Below, one piece after another: positions 9,228 through 16,820 of a DNA stretch of 64,000 nucleotides (position 1 is its first letter; each line of letters opens with the position of its first letter). A program made the translations under genes and the position numbers. The stretch is taken from positions 1-64,000 of IMG/VR virus record IMGVR_UViG_3300006104_000013; one strand, written 5' to 3'. This DNA comes from a virus. Below the pieces are notes generated by a model that ran no database searches, had not been told where the DNA came from, and saw nothing but the letters and a program-made list of their open reading frames with translations.

Positions 9228-9569
9228 TTAGTTTTCCGGGGGGTAGTCGCGGTAGAGTCCGGCGAGGGCGGTACGGATCTCGCGCACCCGGTTTTCCCAA
9301 TAGGGAGTCATGCGCTGCCGCAGGAAGGTGCGTTCCAAATTTTCGATGGCGGCATGCTTGGCGTGGTCAGGCACGGACTCGTCGTCGTTGATTTCTTCAA
9401 GGGCGTCGAAGTAATCCCGCTTGATGTGGGCCAAGAGCTTTTTGGCGAAGAATAGATTCTTCTCAAGTTCTTCGGCCAGCCCCGGCAGGTGACGGGGGTA
9501 GCCCATTAGGGCGTCGTATCCGGCGTCGGTTAAGCTCTCGTCTTCGGGGGCAATGTATGCTTTCGTCAT
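9228..9569 (-). CDS. hypothetical protein
   Basis: SD AAGGAG directly after hammerhead HH3. Confidence 0.75.
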   Translation of the reverse strand: MTKAYIAPEDESLTDAGYDALMGYPRHLPGLAEELEKNLFFAKKLLAHIKRDYFDALEEINDDESVPDHAKHAAIENLERTFLRQRMTPYWENRVREIRTALAGLYRDYPPEN

Positions 9570-9583
9570 TTTTGTCTCCTTGT

Positions 9584-9636
9584 GGCACTCGTCAGTATCC
9601 GCCTTACGGATAGACCGGGTTGCCCCGGTTTCGGCC
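9584..9636 (-). ncRNA. hammerhead ribozyme type II (HH3)
   Basis: Minus strand GGCC-GAAAC-CGGG gcaa CCCG-GTC-TATCCG taagg CGGATA-CTGACGA-GtGCC; predicted cut between 9613 and 9612. Confidence 0.9.
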
Positions 9637-9860
9637 TATTTGATGGAATAGCTTACGGTGCCGTCGTCCCATGCCGTGATGCGGGCGTGTTCGCGCTTGG
9701 TCTCGGTGTCCCGATACATCGGGTCCACGTAATCGCCTTCCAGCGGGGCAATCGGCGGGTTTTGATAGCGGCGGAATCCTTGATCCAAGAGGTAGGTTTC
9801 AATCTCGTGGATTTTGGCGTCTTGGGCAGACGTAAGCCCGGTGGTGATGGCTTGCTTCAT
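9636..9860 (-). CDS. hypothetical protein
   Basis: Start MKQAITTG; TAG stop abuts HH3. Confidence 0.7.
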   Translation of the reverse strand: MKQAITTGLTSAQDAKIHEIETYLLDQGFRRYQNPPIAPLEGDYVDPMYRDTETKREHARITAWDDGTVSYSIK

Positions 9861-9864
9861 GGCG

Positions 9865-10140
9865 CTATTCCCCCTTGGCCTTGGCGATGGCGGCGCGGGC
9901 TTGTTCCGCAAACTGTTGGCATAGGATGGCTTCGCCCATCACTGCCCCGTTATTTCCGCTATCGTGTGCCAGCAGAATGCGCTCAAGCGCAGCCAGCAGT
10001 TCCGGCGCGGCAATGATCAGATTGGCGGTTTCCGTGTCGTAAGCGTCTGCAATGTGGTGTCTTGCGGAGTCTTCAATGCGGTAAAGGCGGTTGTTTTCAG
10101 CGTCGATTCCGTCGATAGCTGCCCATGGTGTTGCTGTCAT
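9865..10140 (-). CDS. hypothetical protein (ANLIIAAPELLAAL family)
   Basis: Common phage early motif; SD GAGG after HH2. Confidence 0.75.
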   Translation of the reverse strand: MTATPWAAIDGIDAENNRLYRIEDSARHHIADAYDTETANLIIAAPELLAALERILLAHDSGNNGAVMGEAILCQQFAEQARAAIAKAKGE

Positions 10141-10169
10141 AGTCTTAATCCCTCGTTAGCTTTGCTGAC

Positions 10170-10222
10170 GGCCTCGTCAGTGTGGGCACAACCCACAGAC
10201 CGGACAGAATCCGGTTTCGGCC
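10170..10222 (-). ncRNA. hammerhead ribozyme type II (HH2)
   Basis: Minus strand GGCC-GAAAC-CGGA ttctg TCCG-GTC-TGTGGG ttgtg CCCACA-CTGACGA-GGCC; intact core; predicted cut between 10198 and 10197. Confidence 0.93.
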
Positions 10223-10243
10223 TTTAGTCTTGGTCCCAGAAGC

Positions 10244-11098
10244 CTAAGCAATACTGGATTCGCTTATCAATGTACTTAAGAGCGCCTTCTGGCGTGGTGC
10301 ATTCTTCGTTGTAGCCTTCGTTTGGGTGGAGTCCGGGGAATATGATTGCCCCCTGTCTTTTGTCGCCATGTCGGTGGGGTGATTAACGCCCATGGCAGTA
10401 AAAACTTTTTCGATGTCATAACCGCCCTTATAGACGTGCTTCAGGGACTGGATTACAGCAAAGTAAAGGCGACGAATGAAGGAAGGGTGTGCGATGATAA
10501 AGGCGAGTTTATCAAGGTCTAGGGCCTCCCCAGATTCCTTTGCGACAAGTGAAAAATCAAGTAACCGGCCTGTAATTTCCGACCCACATGCGCAAGAAGA
10601 AACAACAACTTCGGCGCTGTATCCTTCGTCTTCCAGCCGGTCAATGTAGGACAGGATGGAAACCCCCCAATTGGTAATTTCCTGCATGCTGGTCATGGCT
10701 GCGTGTGAGGCTGCCCCGATTTCGATTCGCACAATCTTGTTTGAGGGGCCTTCTTCAAGGTCACGGTAGACCATGCAAAGCGGATCGCCAGCAACAGCGG
10801 CAGGGATGCAGGGAAACGCCCCGGCGACGTCCAGCACGTTGACCGGGTGCAGGACTGTCTTGGTTAGGGCGAATGCGTCGTTTAGGCGCTCCACAATCAT
10901 GTGACGGCCTTCTGCCCAGCCAGTGCGGGCTACTGATATTGCTTCGCTTAGGGAGTCGGTCCCCCGAAACTCCCTATTGCCACGTTCAACAGAAGACGAT
11001 CTTTGCCACACTGGTGGGTGAGCTTCGATATAGGTCAGCATTTCATCAAGGCTAACAAAACCCATATCAATTCTAGTCGGGCCATATGTCAGTTTCAT
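10244..11098 (-). CDS. VWA-like partner of the AAA+ ATPase (DUF7192-like), with a probable frameshift near its 3' end
   Basis: DVAGAFP.IPA...GDP.CM, IDRLE..GY, LD.DKLAF...HPS..RR motifs; directly downstream of the AAA gene. Confidence 0.75.
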   Translation of the reverse strand: MKLTYGPTRIDMGFVSLDEMLTYIEAHPPVWQRSSSVERGNREFRGTDSLSEAISVARTGWAEGRHMIVERLNDAFALTKTVLHPVNVLDVAGAFPCIPAAVAGDPLCMVYRDLEEGPSNKIVRIEIGAASHAAMTSMQEITNWGVSILSYIDRLEDEGYSAEVVVSSCACGSEITGRLLDFSLVAKESGEALDLDKLAFIIAHPSFIRRLYFAVIQSLKHVYKGGYDIEKVFTAMGVNHPTDMATKDRGQSYSPDSTQTKATTKNAPRQKALLSTLISESSIA

Positions 11099-11102
11099 GG
11101 TT

Positions 11103-12584
11103 TTACTTCCCCATCTTGGCAGGCAGACGAACCGACATGGCGGATTCGATCTTGGCGCGCTGGTCGGCCTTGACGCCTTGCCACAAGCAGCGGTTTGCGA
11201 CGTCGCGCGGGTCTTCACCACGACGCAAGGCTTTTGCCCCTTTGAACGATGATCGGGGCGAGATGATGGACCGCACGTCTAATTCAGTGGCGGCGCGGCG
11301 GGCGTCCCGAACATAGGCAACCCATTGATCATGCCCGGCCAAGTCTTCAATGCGATGATCGTAGGCCATGGCGAATGTATAGAAGCGGTTCAGAGTCGCC
11401 CCATCCAGTTGATTGCGTCCCACATAGATGCGGTCAGCGCCCAACCCGTAGGTATTGGCTGCGGCCATGATGTGAAAATCAGGGTGGCGCTCAATCATGC
11501 CGTCTGGAAAGTCCATGTTCCCGTTTTCAATGGCGGCGTTCAGAACCAAGAGGACTCCGGGATGTGAAGCATCAACTTCGTCCAGCAGGAAGAGTCCACC
11601 GTTCTGATAGGCGTCCCGGAAGCGAGTCCGAACATAGCGCCCTTGGGCGTCCATATAGCCGGTCAGCTTGTAGGGCGAGTCAACGGCACCGGCCATAGCG
11701 AAGCCCAAGCCCAAGGCGTTGGCGACTTGTTCCGCAAGGGTGGTTTTTCCAGAGCCAGCCGGGCCTACCAACATGACGTTTTCCCCATCAGCCACGGCTT
11801 GCAGCACTTCGGTGAAGATTGGGTGATAGACGGCATCCGGCAGAGTCCGCGACTCTGTTTGGGTTTGGATGGTCAGCACAACGGAGTCGCGCTTGATGTT
11901 CTTGAGCCCTGCGTCAATCAGGTTTGCGACGTCTTCCAGAGTCGCGGCGTGTTGCTTGACCAAGCGCACAACGGTGGCCTCGTCAATTTCGACCTTGGGC
12001 GTCAATGTCTGCATCAGCAGTTGCAGAGCGGCGAGTTGGTCAGTGGTGGCAGCGGCTGTCATTGTCGTCTCGGTTTCCTTTTGCTTGAGGATGGATTTAT
12101 AGTATTCGGCGGAATCTTCGTCGGCTTCGACTTCGACCCATCCAGCGTCTGGTTCGTTGTCGTCAGGGTGGACAGGCACGTATCCTCGTCCGGTAATCTC
12201 GTAGTACACGGCCTGCTCGTCGTCTTCGGCCATAGCGGCAGTCAGCGCCTGGTATTTGGCTTGATGTGCGGCAAGGGCAGCGGCTTCGTCGAAGATCGGC
12301 GTGGGTGTCAGCAAATCGGGCTTGGTGGCGGTGATGTGCGGGCCAGTCCCGGCAATGTCGTTGTGCAAGTGCACGTCGGTGGTGTCGTTGTAGTATTTCA
12401 ACATCTGGCCGCACGTCGCGCGATTGACGAAGAGTCCGGGATCGGTCAAGCCAAGCTCCACCACATGGGCGCGAAGCCAATTGCGCACTTGCCCCCGATT
12501 GTCGGTATCCACCTTGGGCAGAGTCCCGCGATACCAACCAATCTGTTGGGTCAGCTCTCCGGCAGAGTGTTTAGGCTTTGCCAT
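11103..12584 (-). CDS. MoxR/CbbQ/CobS-type AAA+ ATPase
   Basis: Walker A GPAGSGKT, Walker B LLDEVD, AANT.G.G...YVGRNQLD.ATL.RF. Confidence 0.92.
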   Translation of the reverse strand: MAKPKHSAGELTQQIGWYRGTLPKVDTDNRGQVRNWLRAHVVELGLTDPGLFVNRATCGQMLKYYNDTTDVHLHNDIAGTGPHITATKPDLLTPTPIFDEAAALAAHQAKYQALTAAMAEDDEQAVYYEITGRGYVPVHPDDNEPDAGWVEVEADEDSAEYYKSILKQKETETTMTAAATTDQLAALQLLMQTLTPKVEIDEATVVRLVKQHAATLEDVANLIDAGLKNIKRDSVVLTIQTQTESRTLPDAVYHPIFTEVLQAVADGENVMLVGPAGSGKTTLAEQVANALGLGFAMAGAVDSPYKLTGYMDAQGRYVRTRFRDAYQNGGLFLLDEVDASHPGVLLVLNAAIENGNMDFPDGMIERHPDFHIMAAANTYGLGADRIYVGRNQLDGATLNRFYTFAMAYDHRIEDLAGHDQWVAYVRDARRAATELDVRSIISPRSSFKGAKALRRGEDPRDVANRCLWQGVKADQRAKIESAMSVRLPAKMGK

Positions 12585-12586
12585 GG

Positions 12587-12823
12587 TTAGACTCCTACGC
12601 TGGTTTCGGCCAAGGCCCAGCCCTTGGGCGCAAGGTTAATGATGTGGCTTAGACTGGGCTTGCCATCCAAGTACGTTTCAAAGCCCATGCGGCGAGCGCA
12701 TTCAAGCTGGTGCTCGTTCAGGGTTTTGACGCCAATGGCGTCGGCATAAGCCTGCGACTTGACGCAAGCCGGGTAAATCTTGGTCTGTCCGTAGACGCTC
12801 TTGGCGGTGAATTGCATAATCAT
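12587..12823 (-). CDS. hypothetical protein
   Basis: KSVYG...IYP.C..S......G.KTL pattern; SD AGGAG. Confidence 0.75.
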   Translation of the reverse strand: MIMQFTAKSVYGQTKIYPACVKSQAYADAIGVKTLNEHQLECARRMGFETYLDGKPSLSHIINLAPKGWALAETSVGV

Positions 12824-12827
12824 GGCG

Positions 12828-13028
12828 TTAGACTCCTTTGGCTTTGGCGACGGCGGCACCAATCTCTTCCAGCATAGTCGCGTGGTGGGTGGGAACAAAA
12901 TCCAGCGCCGACTCTAACGTCGTCAACATCATGTCAAAGGCTTCGGCGGCTTCGTAGAGTCGCATTTGGGTATCCACATTGCGCTCCAATTGGGCGCGGT
13001 CTCGGATGATTTGCGCGTAATCAATCAT
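12828..13028 (-). CDS. hypothetical protein
   Basis: SD AAGGA after HH1; ends AAVAKAKG. Confidence 0.7.
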   Translation of the reverse strand: MIDYAQIIRDRAQLERNVDTQMRLYEAAEAFDMMLTTLESALDFVPTHHATMLEEIGAAVAKAKGV

Positions 13029-13055
13029 GGTCTTCATTCCTTGGGTAGTTCTGAC

Positions 13056-13108
13056 GGCCATCGTCAGGTGACGCCACACGTCACGACCCGGCGAACCGGG
13101 TTTCGGCC
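13056..13108 (-). ncRNA. hammerhead ribozyme type II (HH1)
   Basis: Minus strand GGCC-GAAAC-CCGG ttcg CCGG-GTC-GTGACG tgtgg CGTCAC-CTGACGA-t-GGCC; predicted cut between 13085 and 13084. Confidence 0.9.
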
Positions 13109-13242
13109 TAGCGGTTTCTGATCTGCTCCAAGGCCAGCGCATAGCGGACAGCCGTAGCGCGGTGGGTGAAAGCGAAGGGGCGGCGACTCGCTTCGGGAAC
13201 GTTCCAGCCCTTTTTGGTGAATTTTACAGTGCAGGTGTTCAT
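13108..13242 (-). CDS. 44-aa early protein
   Basis: SD AAGGAG; TAG stop abuts HH1. Confidence 0.65.
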   Translation of the reverse strand: MNTCTVKFTKKGWNVPEASRRPFAFTHRATAVRYALALEQIRNR

Positions 13243-13255
13243 GATCTCGACTCCT

Positions 13256-13414
13256 TCAGACCGGCAGGCCAGCGGCATGGTTAGCGGTGACAACATCCAC
13301 CATACGATAGACACAGCGATGGAAGCTGGACACGCCATGGCGATAGTCTTTAGTAAACCGGAAGCCTGTGACCTTCATGGCCGGAACAAGCAGGTAAGCG
13401 ATGAATGTGCGCAT
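13256..13414 (-). CDS. first early gene, 52 aa (MRTFIAYLLV...; not in ORF track)
   Basis: SD GAGGAGG, open frame read by hand to TGA at 13258-13256. Confidence 0.7.
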   Translation of the reverse strand: MRTFIAYLLVPAMKVTGFRFTKDYRHGVSSFHRCVYRMVDVVTANHAAGLPV

Positions 13415-13431
13415 AGTCCAAATCCTCCTCA

Positions 13432-13480
13432 GTGGTTAACCAGTAAGAGAACACTAGCATGATAACGCAGGCGCTTGCAA
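13432..13480 (-). promoter_or_regulatory. early sigma70-type promoter P1
   Basis: Minus strand TTGCAA-18-TAGTGT with extended -10 TG, then ACTGGTTAACCAC. Confidence 0.7.
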
Positions 13481-14173
13481 GCATTTTGTAGAGTCGGAGT
13501 CGCGCAAGCCCCAACCCCAACCCACGCGCCGCCCCCAGCCGTTCCCCTCTCCCTCTCTAAGCTGCGCAGCACGAAATTTTTTTGCAGGATCCAGCGCCCC
13601 CAAATCCACCGTCCCACCAAATCACCGTCGGACACGATCAACCCACAGACAGGGGTAAAACACCCCAAATCAGACCACAGACCATGCGCTATGCTCGATT
13701 CTCAGCGCCTTCGTTGTCGCCGATCGTATCATTGCACACTCATATCGGCCACAGCGCCTGCGATATCCGCCACAATCCCGGTTTTAAGGGGACAGCGCCA
13801 CATCCAGCTATCCACCACACCCAGAGACCACACCCACACTTCCCCACCATCTCCCACACCACAGCCAGGGGAAAGCCAGCACCACAGACCCAAAGCCCGG
13901 TCAACGCGCGTCGCACCACATCAAAAGACTTTGCCGGGTACAGCGCCAGCACTGCCCAATCCATCCTCTCTCCTATCAGATACCACCATAGACCAAACAC
14001 CTTCGGTCTCGCTCTCAACCGATAACAGATGTCCACCACAACGCCAGTCACATCACGTGCGGATAATGCAGAAAACGGGGGAAGGCATTCGCGCGGAGGG
14101 GAAGCGGCTCATTGACAGCGTTCAGAGTCGAGGCGTTTTCCTGTGCGCGTGACCTTCACTCGGAGTCGGCTTT

Positions 14174-14566
14174 ATGGCGCGTAAACACACCCGTACCAAA
14201 GTGACGGCAGCAGCCCTCGAAGCCCTTGAAAACGCTAGCGAAGGCGCGGCGCAACGTCTCATTTACCTCTCGACCCATGCCCTTGACGCCAAGGTCCAAT
14301 TGGCAGCGGTCAACAGCATATTGGACAGAGTCGGCATTGGGGCGACCAACACCACAAGGGCTGATCCGAACGCCGAGGCCCAAGCCCAGCTCGCCCTTGC
14401 CGTCTCTCAGATGAACATGAACGAACTGTTGGCGCTTCGGCAGGCCACGACTCTGTTGGTCGAAGCAAGCAAGCGCGGTCCCGATCCCATCACCATCGAC
14501 CAGCCACTACATATAGAGCACGACCCTGCCCCCACCGTCGCCCCAGGCCCAGACGACGACGAATAG
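14174..14566 (+). CDS. probable terminase small subunit
   Basis: VQLAAVNSILDRVG helix motif, SD GGAG, first rightward gene. Confidence 0.6.
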   Translation: MARKHTRTKVTAAALEALENASEGAAQRLIYLSTHALDAKVQLAAVNSILDRVGIGATNTTRADPNAEAQAQLALAVSQMNMNELLALRQATTLLVEASKRGPDPITIDQPLHIEHDPAPTVAPGPDDDE

Positions 14567-14573
14567 CAAATCA

Positions 14574-14586
14574 TATCAATGACTTG
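14574..14586 (+). promoter_or_regulatory. IHF-binding site
   Basis: TATCAATGACTTG matches consensus WATCAANNNNTTR exactly. Confidence 0.55.
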
Positions 14587-14599
14587 GGCCATGTTCGCG

Positions 14600-14627
14600 T
14601 GAAGCCATAATGCACATTATACGACAG
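14600..14627. other. dif/lox-like tyrosine-recombinase site (degenerate)
   Basis: Minus strand CTGTCGTATAA-TGTGCA-TTATGGCTTCA, an 11-6-11 layout with inverted ATAA/TTAT cores. Confidence 0.4.
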
Positions 14628-14893
14628 CATTGAGTTAAACGAAGGCAGCAACGGCATGCGGTATGGGTCAGTCCGACCCGGCCACCGCCCCCGATATCGG
14701 TGAGGCCCCCCAACGCCATGGCCCCAGGCCAGCCCCCCCCATGACCCCCTGTAGAAAAAGCCGGGAGGTATCTCAAGCCCCCCCCCGCTACCGGAGAAAA
14801 TTGGGAGATTTGCGGGTTACGCATTGACGTAAGTACACGGAAAATGCAAAAGTGCACCGAGTGGATACAAAGAAACTACATGAAAGGCCGATT

Positions 14894-15118
14894 ATGACCC
14901 CTGGATTTGATCTACGAGGAGCGTTAGCTGAGCTTGGCTGGAGCATTACAGATCTGTCGAAGCGGGTTGAGCGGACGCGGACGCAGGTGTCGCGGTGGGT
15001 GAGCGGTCATGTTGAGACGCCGATGGCGGTTGAGCGGTACGTGCGGTTGGTTTTGGAGGTGAGGCGCTTAGCGGATCGGCTTGGGGGGGATGTCCGGACG
15101 GTAGCGGATGGGGCCTGA
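14894..15118 (+). CDS. XRE-family HTH regulator
   Basis: LAELGWSITDLSKRVERTRTQVSRWVSG...P. Confidence 0.85.
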   Translation: MTPGFDLRGALAELGWSITDLSKRVERTRTQVSRWVSGHVETPMAVERYVRLVLEVRRLADRLGGDVRTVADGA

Positions 15119-15158
15119 AAAAAAATCGGTTTTGGCTGCGCCATATAGGAGAAGGAAG

Positions 15159-15497
15159 ATGTTGGATTTTGGGAAGCCGGTTCGGACTCTGCACGGGAAC
15201 CCTGTTGTGATCCTATGCACCAATGCACCGGGGCCGTATCCGGTCGTGGGGTATTACTGGACGGCGGACACGGTAGGGGCGGTGATGTGGTCCGTCGATG
15301 GGGTCGCATGGAATGAAACCGATCCTGATATCGAAAATTATGAGCCTCCCAAGTATGAATATTTGTGGTGGGACCTTGCGGATCAGGAGCGTTACTTCTG
15401 GGTCAGTGAGGTCGTGCCCAATGACTGGGAGACCATGCCAGGGGTCGGTCTATGGAAGCACAAGTTTAGCGGCCGCCGTCGGGTCATCGTGGAATAA
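15159..15497 (+). CDS. hypothetical protein
   Basis: LDFGKPVRT..G.PV.ILCT....PYPVVG phage motif; SD present. Confidence 0.7.
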   Translation: MLDFGKPVRTLHGNPVVILCTNAPGPYPVVGYYWTADTVGAVMWSVDGVAWNETDPDIENYEPPKYEYLWWDLADQERYFWVSEVVPNDWETMPGVGLWKHKFSGRRRVIVE

Positions 15498-15534
15498 AAA
15501 AATCGGTTTGGCTTCGCCACTTTTGGAGAGAGTT

Positions 15535-15702
15535 ATGGACGATTACCCGGTATTGGTCGAAGGATGGTGGGCGCTCAAAGGCGTCGCTCTCGCCGTGGTT
15601 ACATCAGAGACCCTGGTAAGATTCGAGCAGGATGATAGTCTGGTGAACGATTACATCGACCTCGTTCGGAGCGGTGTGGGTTACTTTAGGAGCTTGCCGT
15701 AA
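15535..15702 (+). CDS. hypothetical protein
   Basis: SD GGAG, start MDDYPV. Confidence 0.55.
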   Translation: MDDYPVLVEGWWALKGVALAVVTSETLVRFEQDDSLVNDYIDLVRSGVGYFRSLP

Positions 15703-15829
15703 TGGGGAGCCTGAACCCTCGGTTTGACCTGGATACAATAATCGTGGCGATCGGTGTTGCGTTCCTGGCTGGGGCTCTCGCCGCCACGCTCGTCATCACC
15801 TTCGTGTTCGTTGGAAAGGGACTCTTGTA

Positions 15830-16105
15830 ATGGATGACTTCGCTCAAGCGCCGCTAAGCGTCGCTGAGATCCGCGCTGAAAAATCGCATGATGGCCGACT
15901 CTGGAGTCCGCGTGACGCTCTGATCTCGACTCTGCGCGATCTGGATAGCGGAAAAATAAACCCGGACGTCCTGGCCATCGTTTTCCGCGACAAGGAGCCA
16001 GATGGCTCGAACGGATATTGCTTCGTCAATTCGTCTCCGGACTCTCTGCTATCAATCGGACTCTTGGAACGGGCAAAGCTCGTCCTCGTCAACAACAGCG
16101 AATAG
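15830..16105 (+). CDS. hypothetical protein
   Basis: TAATG coupling; WSPRDAL...LRD.DSG...PD pattern. Confidence 0.7.
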   Translation: MDDFAQAPLSVAEIRAEKSHDGRLWSPRDALISTLRDLDSGKINPDVLAIVFRDKEPDGSNGYCFVNSSPDSLLSIGLLERAKLVLVNNSE

Positions 16106-16113
16106 GGGCAATC

Positions 16114-16383
16114 ATGGGCATTGAAAAAGAAATCCTCGACGAGAGATTCGACGAGATCCTCACCGAAGTCATGGCGGTCGTCACCAAGCACAATTCGGCG
16201 ATTAACTCTGTCGCCGTTCTAGCTGAAGCGCTGGCCCGCGTCCTTGCCCTCGTCCCCGAACCCTACACACATGCCGCTATCAATGGCATGCTGAAGCGAC
16301 TCGCTGAATGCCGGGATATTGTCGCGGCGTTCGCCGAAGAGGTCTCTGAACAAGAAGTGGCGGAACGATATGGCGCGAACTGA
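16114..16383 (+). CDS. hypothetical protein
   Basis: Start MGIEKE, helical composition. Confidence 0.6.
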   Translation: MGIEKEILDERFDEILTEVMAVVTKHNSAINSVAVLAEALARVLALVPEPYTHAAINGMLKRLAECRDIVAAFAEEVSEQEVAERYGAN

Positions 16384-16609
16384 TGAAACAATCGTCGTCA
16401 ATACGACACACAGCAAAGAATTTCGGATCACCCCAAAATTCCGAAGCACCGGGTATGTCGGCATCGACGACTCCGGAAAAGAGGTGATCATTGCCCCGTA
16501 TCGGGACACGTATCAAACCATCGAGCGCCGCGTCCTGCTGGACATTGCGCTCGACCACCTGACTGCCGTGCAGGAAATTTTGGAAATATTGGGGGCTGAA
16601 AATGGATGA
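16370..16609 (+). CDS. hypothetical protein
   Basis: Overlapping operon ORF. Confidence 0.55.
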   Translation: MARTDETIVVNTTHSKEFRITPKFRSTGYVGIDDSGKEVIIAPYRDTYQTIERRVLLDIALDHLTAVQEILEILGAENG

Positions 16610-16820
16610 ATGCATGAAAGAGGTCTGTGTCGGCGTTACGCATGATAACCCGGACATGATCACTATCGGTTCAATGTCGGAATCATACCTTATTCTGACT
16701 CCGAACGAGGAGCTTAAACGCATCCTGAACCCCCAGCCGATGTATCCGACTCCATTTAAAACCCCTGATGTGCAGTGCCAGCAGGGATCGCCCATCCACC
16801 CCGGCCAGACTATTTGCTGA
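16602..16820 (+). CDS. hypothetical protein
   Basis: Overlapping operon ORF. Confidence 0.5.
   Translation: MDECMKEVCVGVTHDNPDMITIGSMSESYLILTPNEELKRILNPQPMYPTPFKTPDVQCQQGSPIHPGQTIC

Noticed and set aside
11643-12590. Long antisense ORFs (also 34719-35789, 37582-38850, 49259-50731)
   Set aside because: Shadows of GC-rich, codon-biased genes on the other strand; no SD or motifs
12597-12615. GGCCGAAACC on the minus strand, like the 5' end of the three hammerheads
   Set aside because: No stem III/GUC/stem I or CUGANGA follows; it is inside a CDS and at most a relic
13475-14152. 225-aa plus-strand ORF in the divergence region
   Set aside because: Pro/His/Thr-rich product of compositional skew, TTG start, no SD
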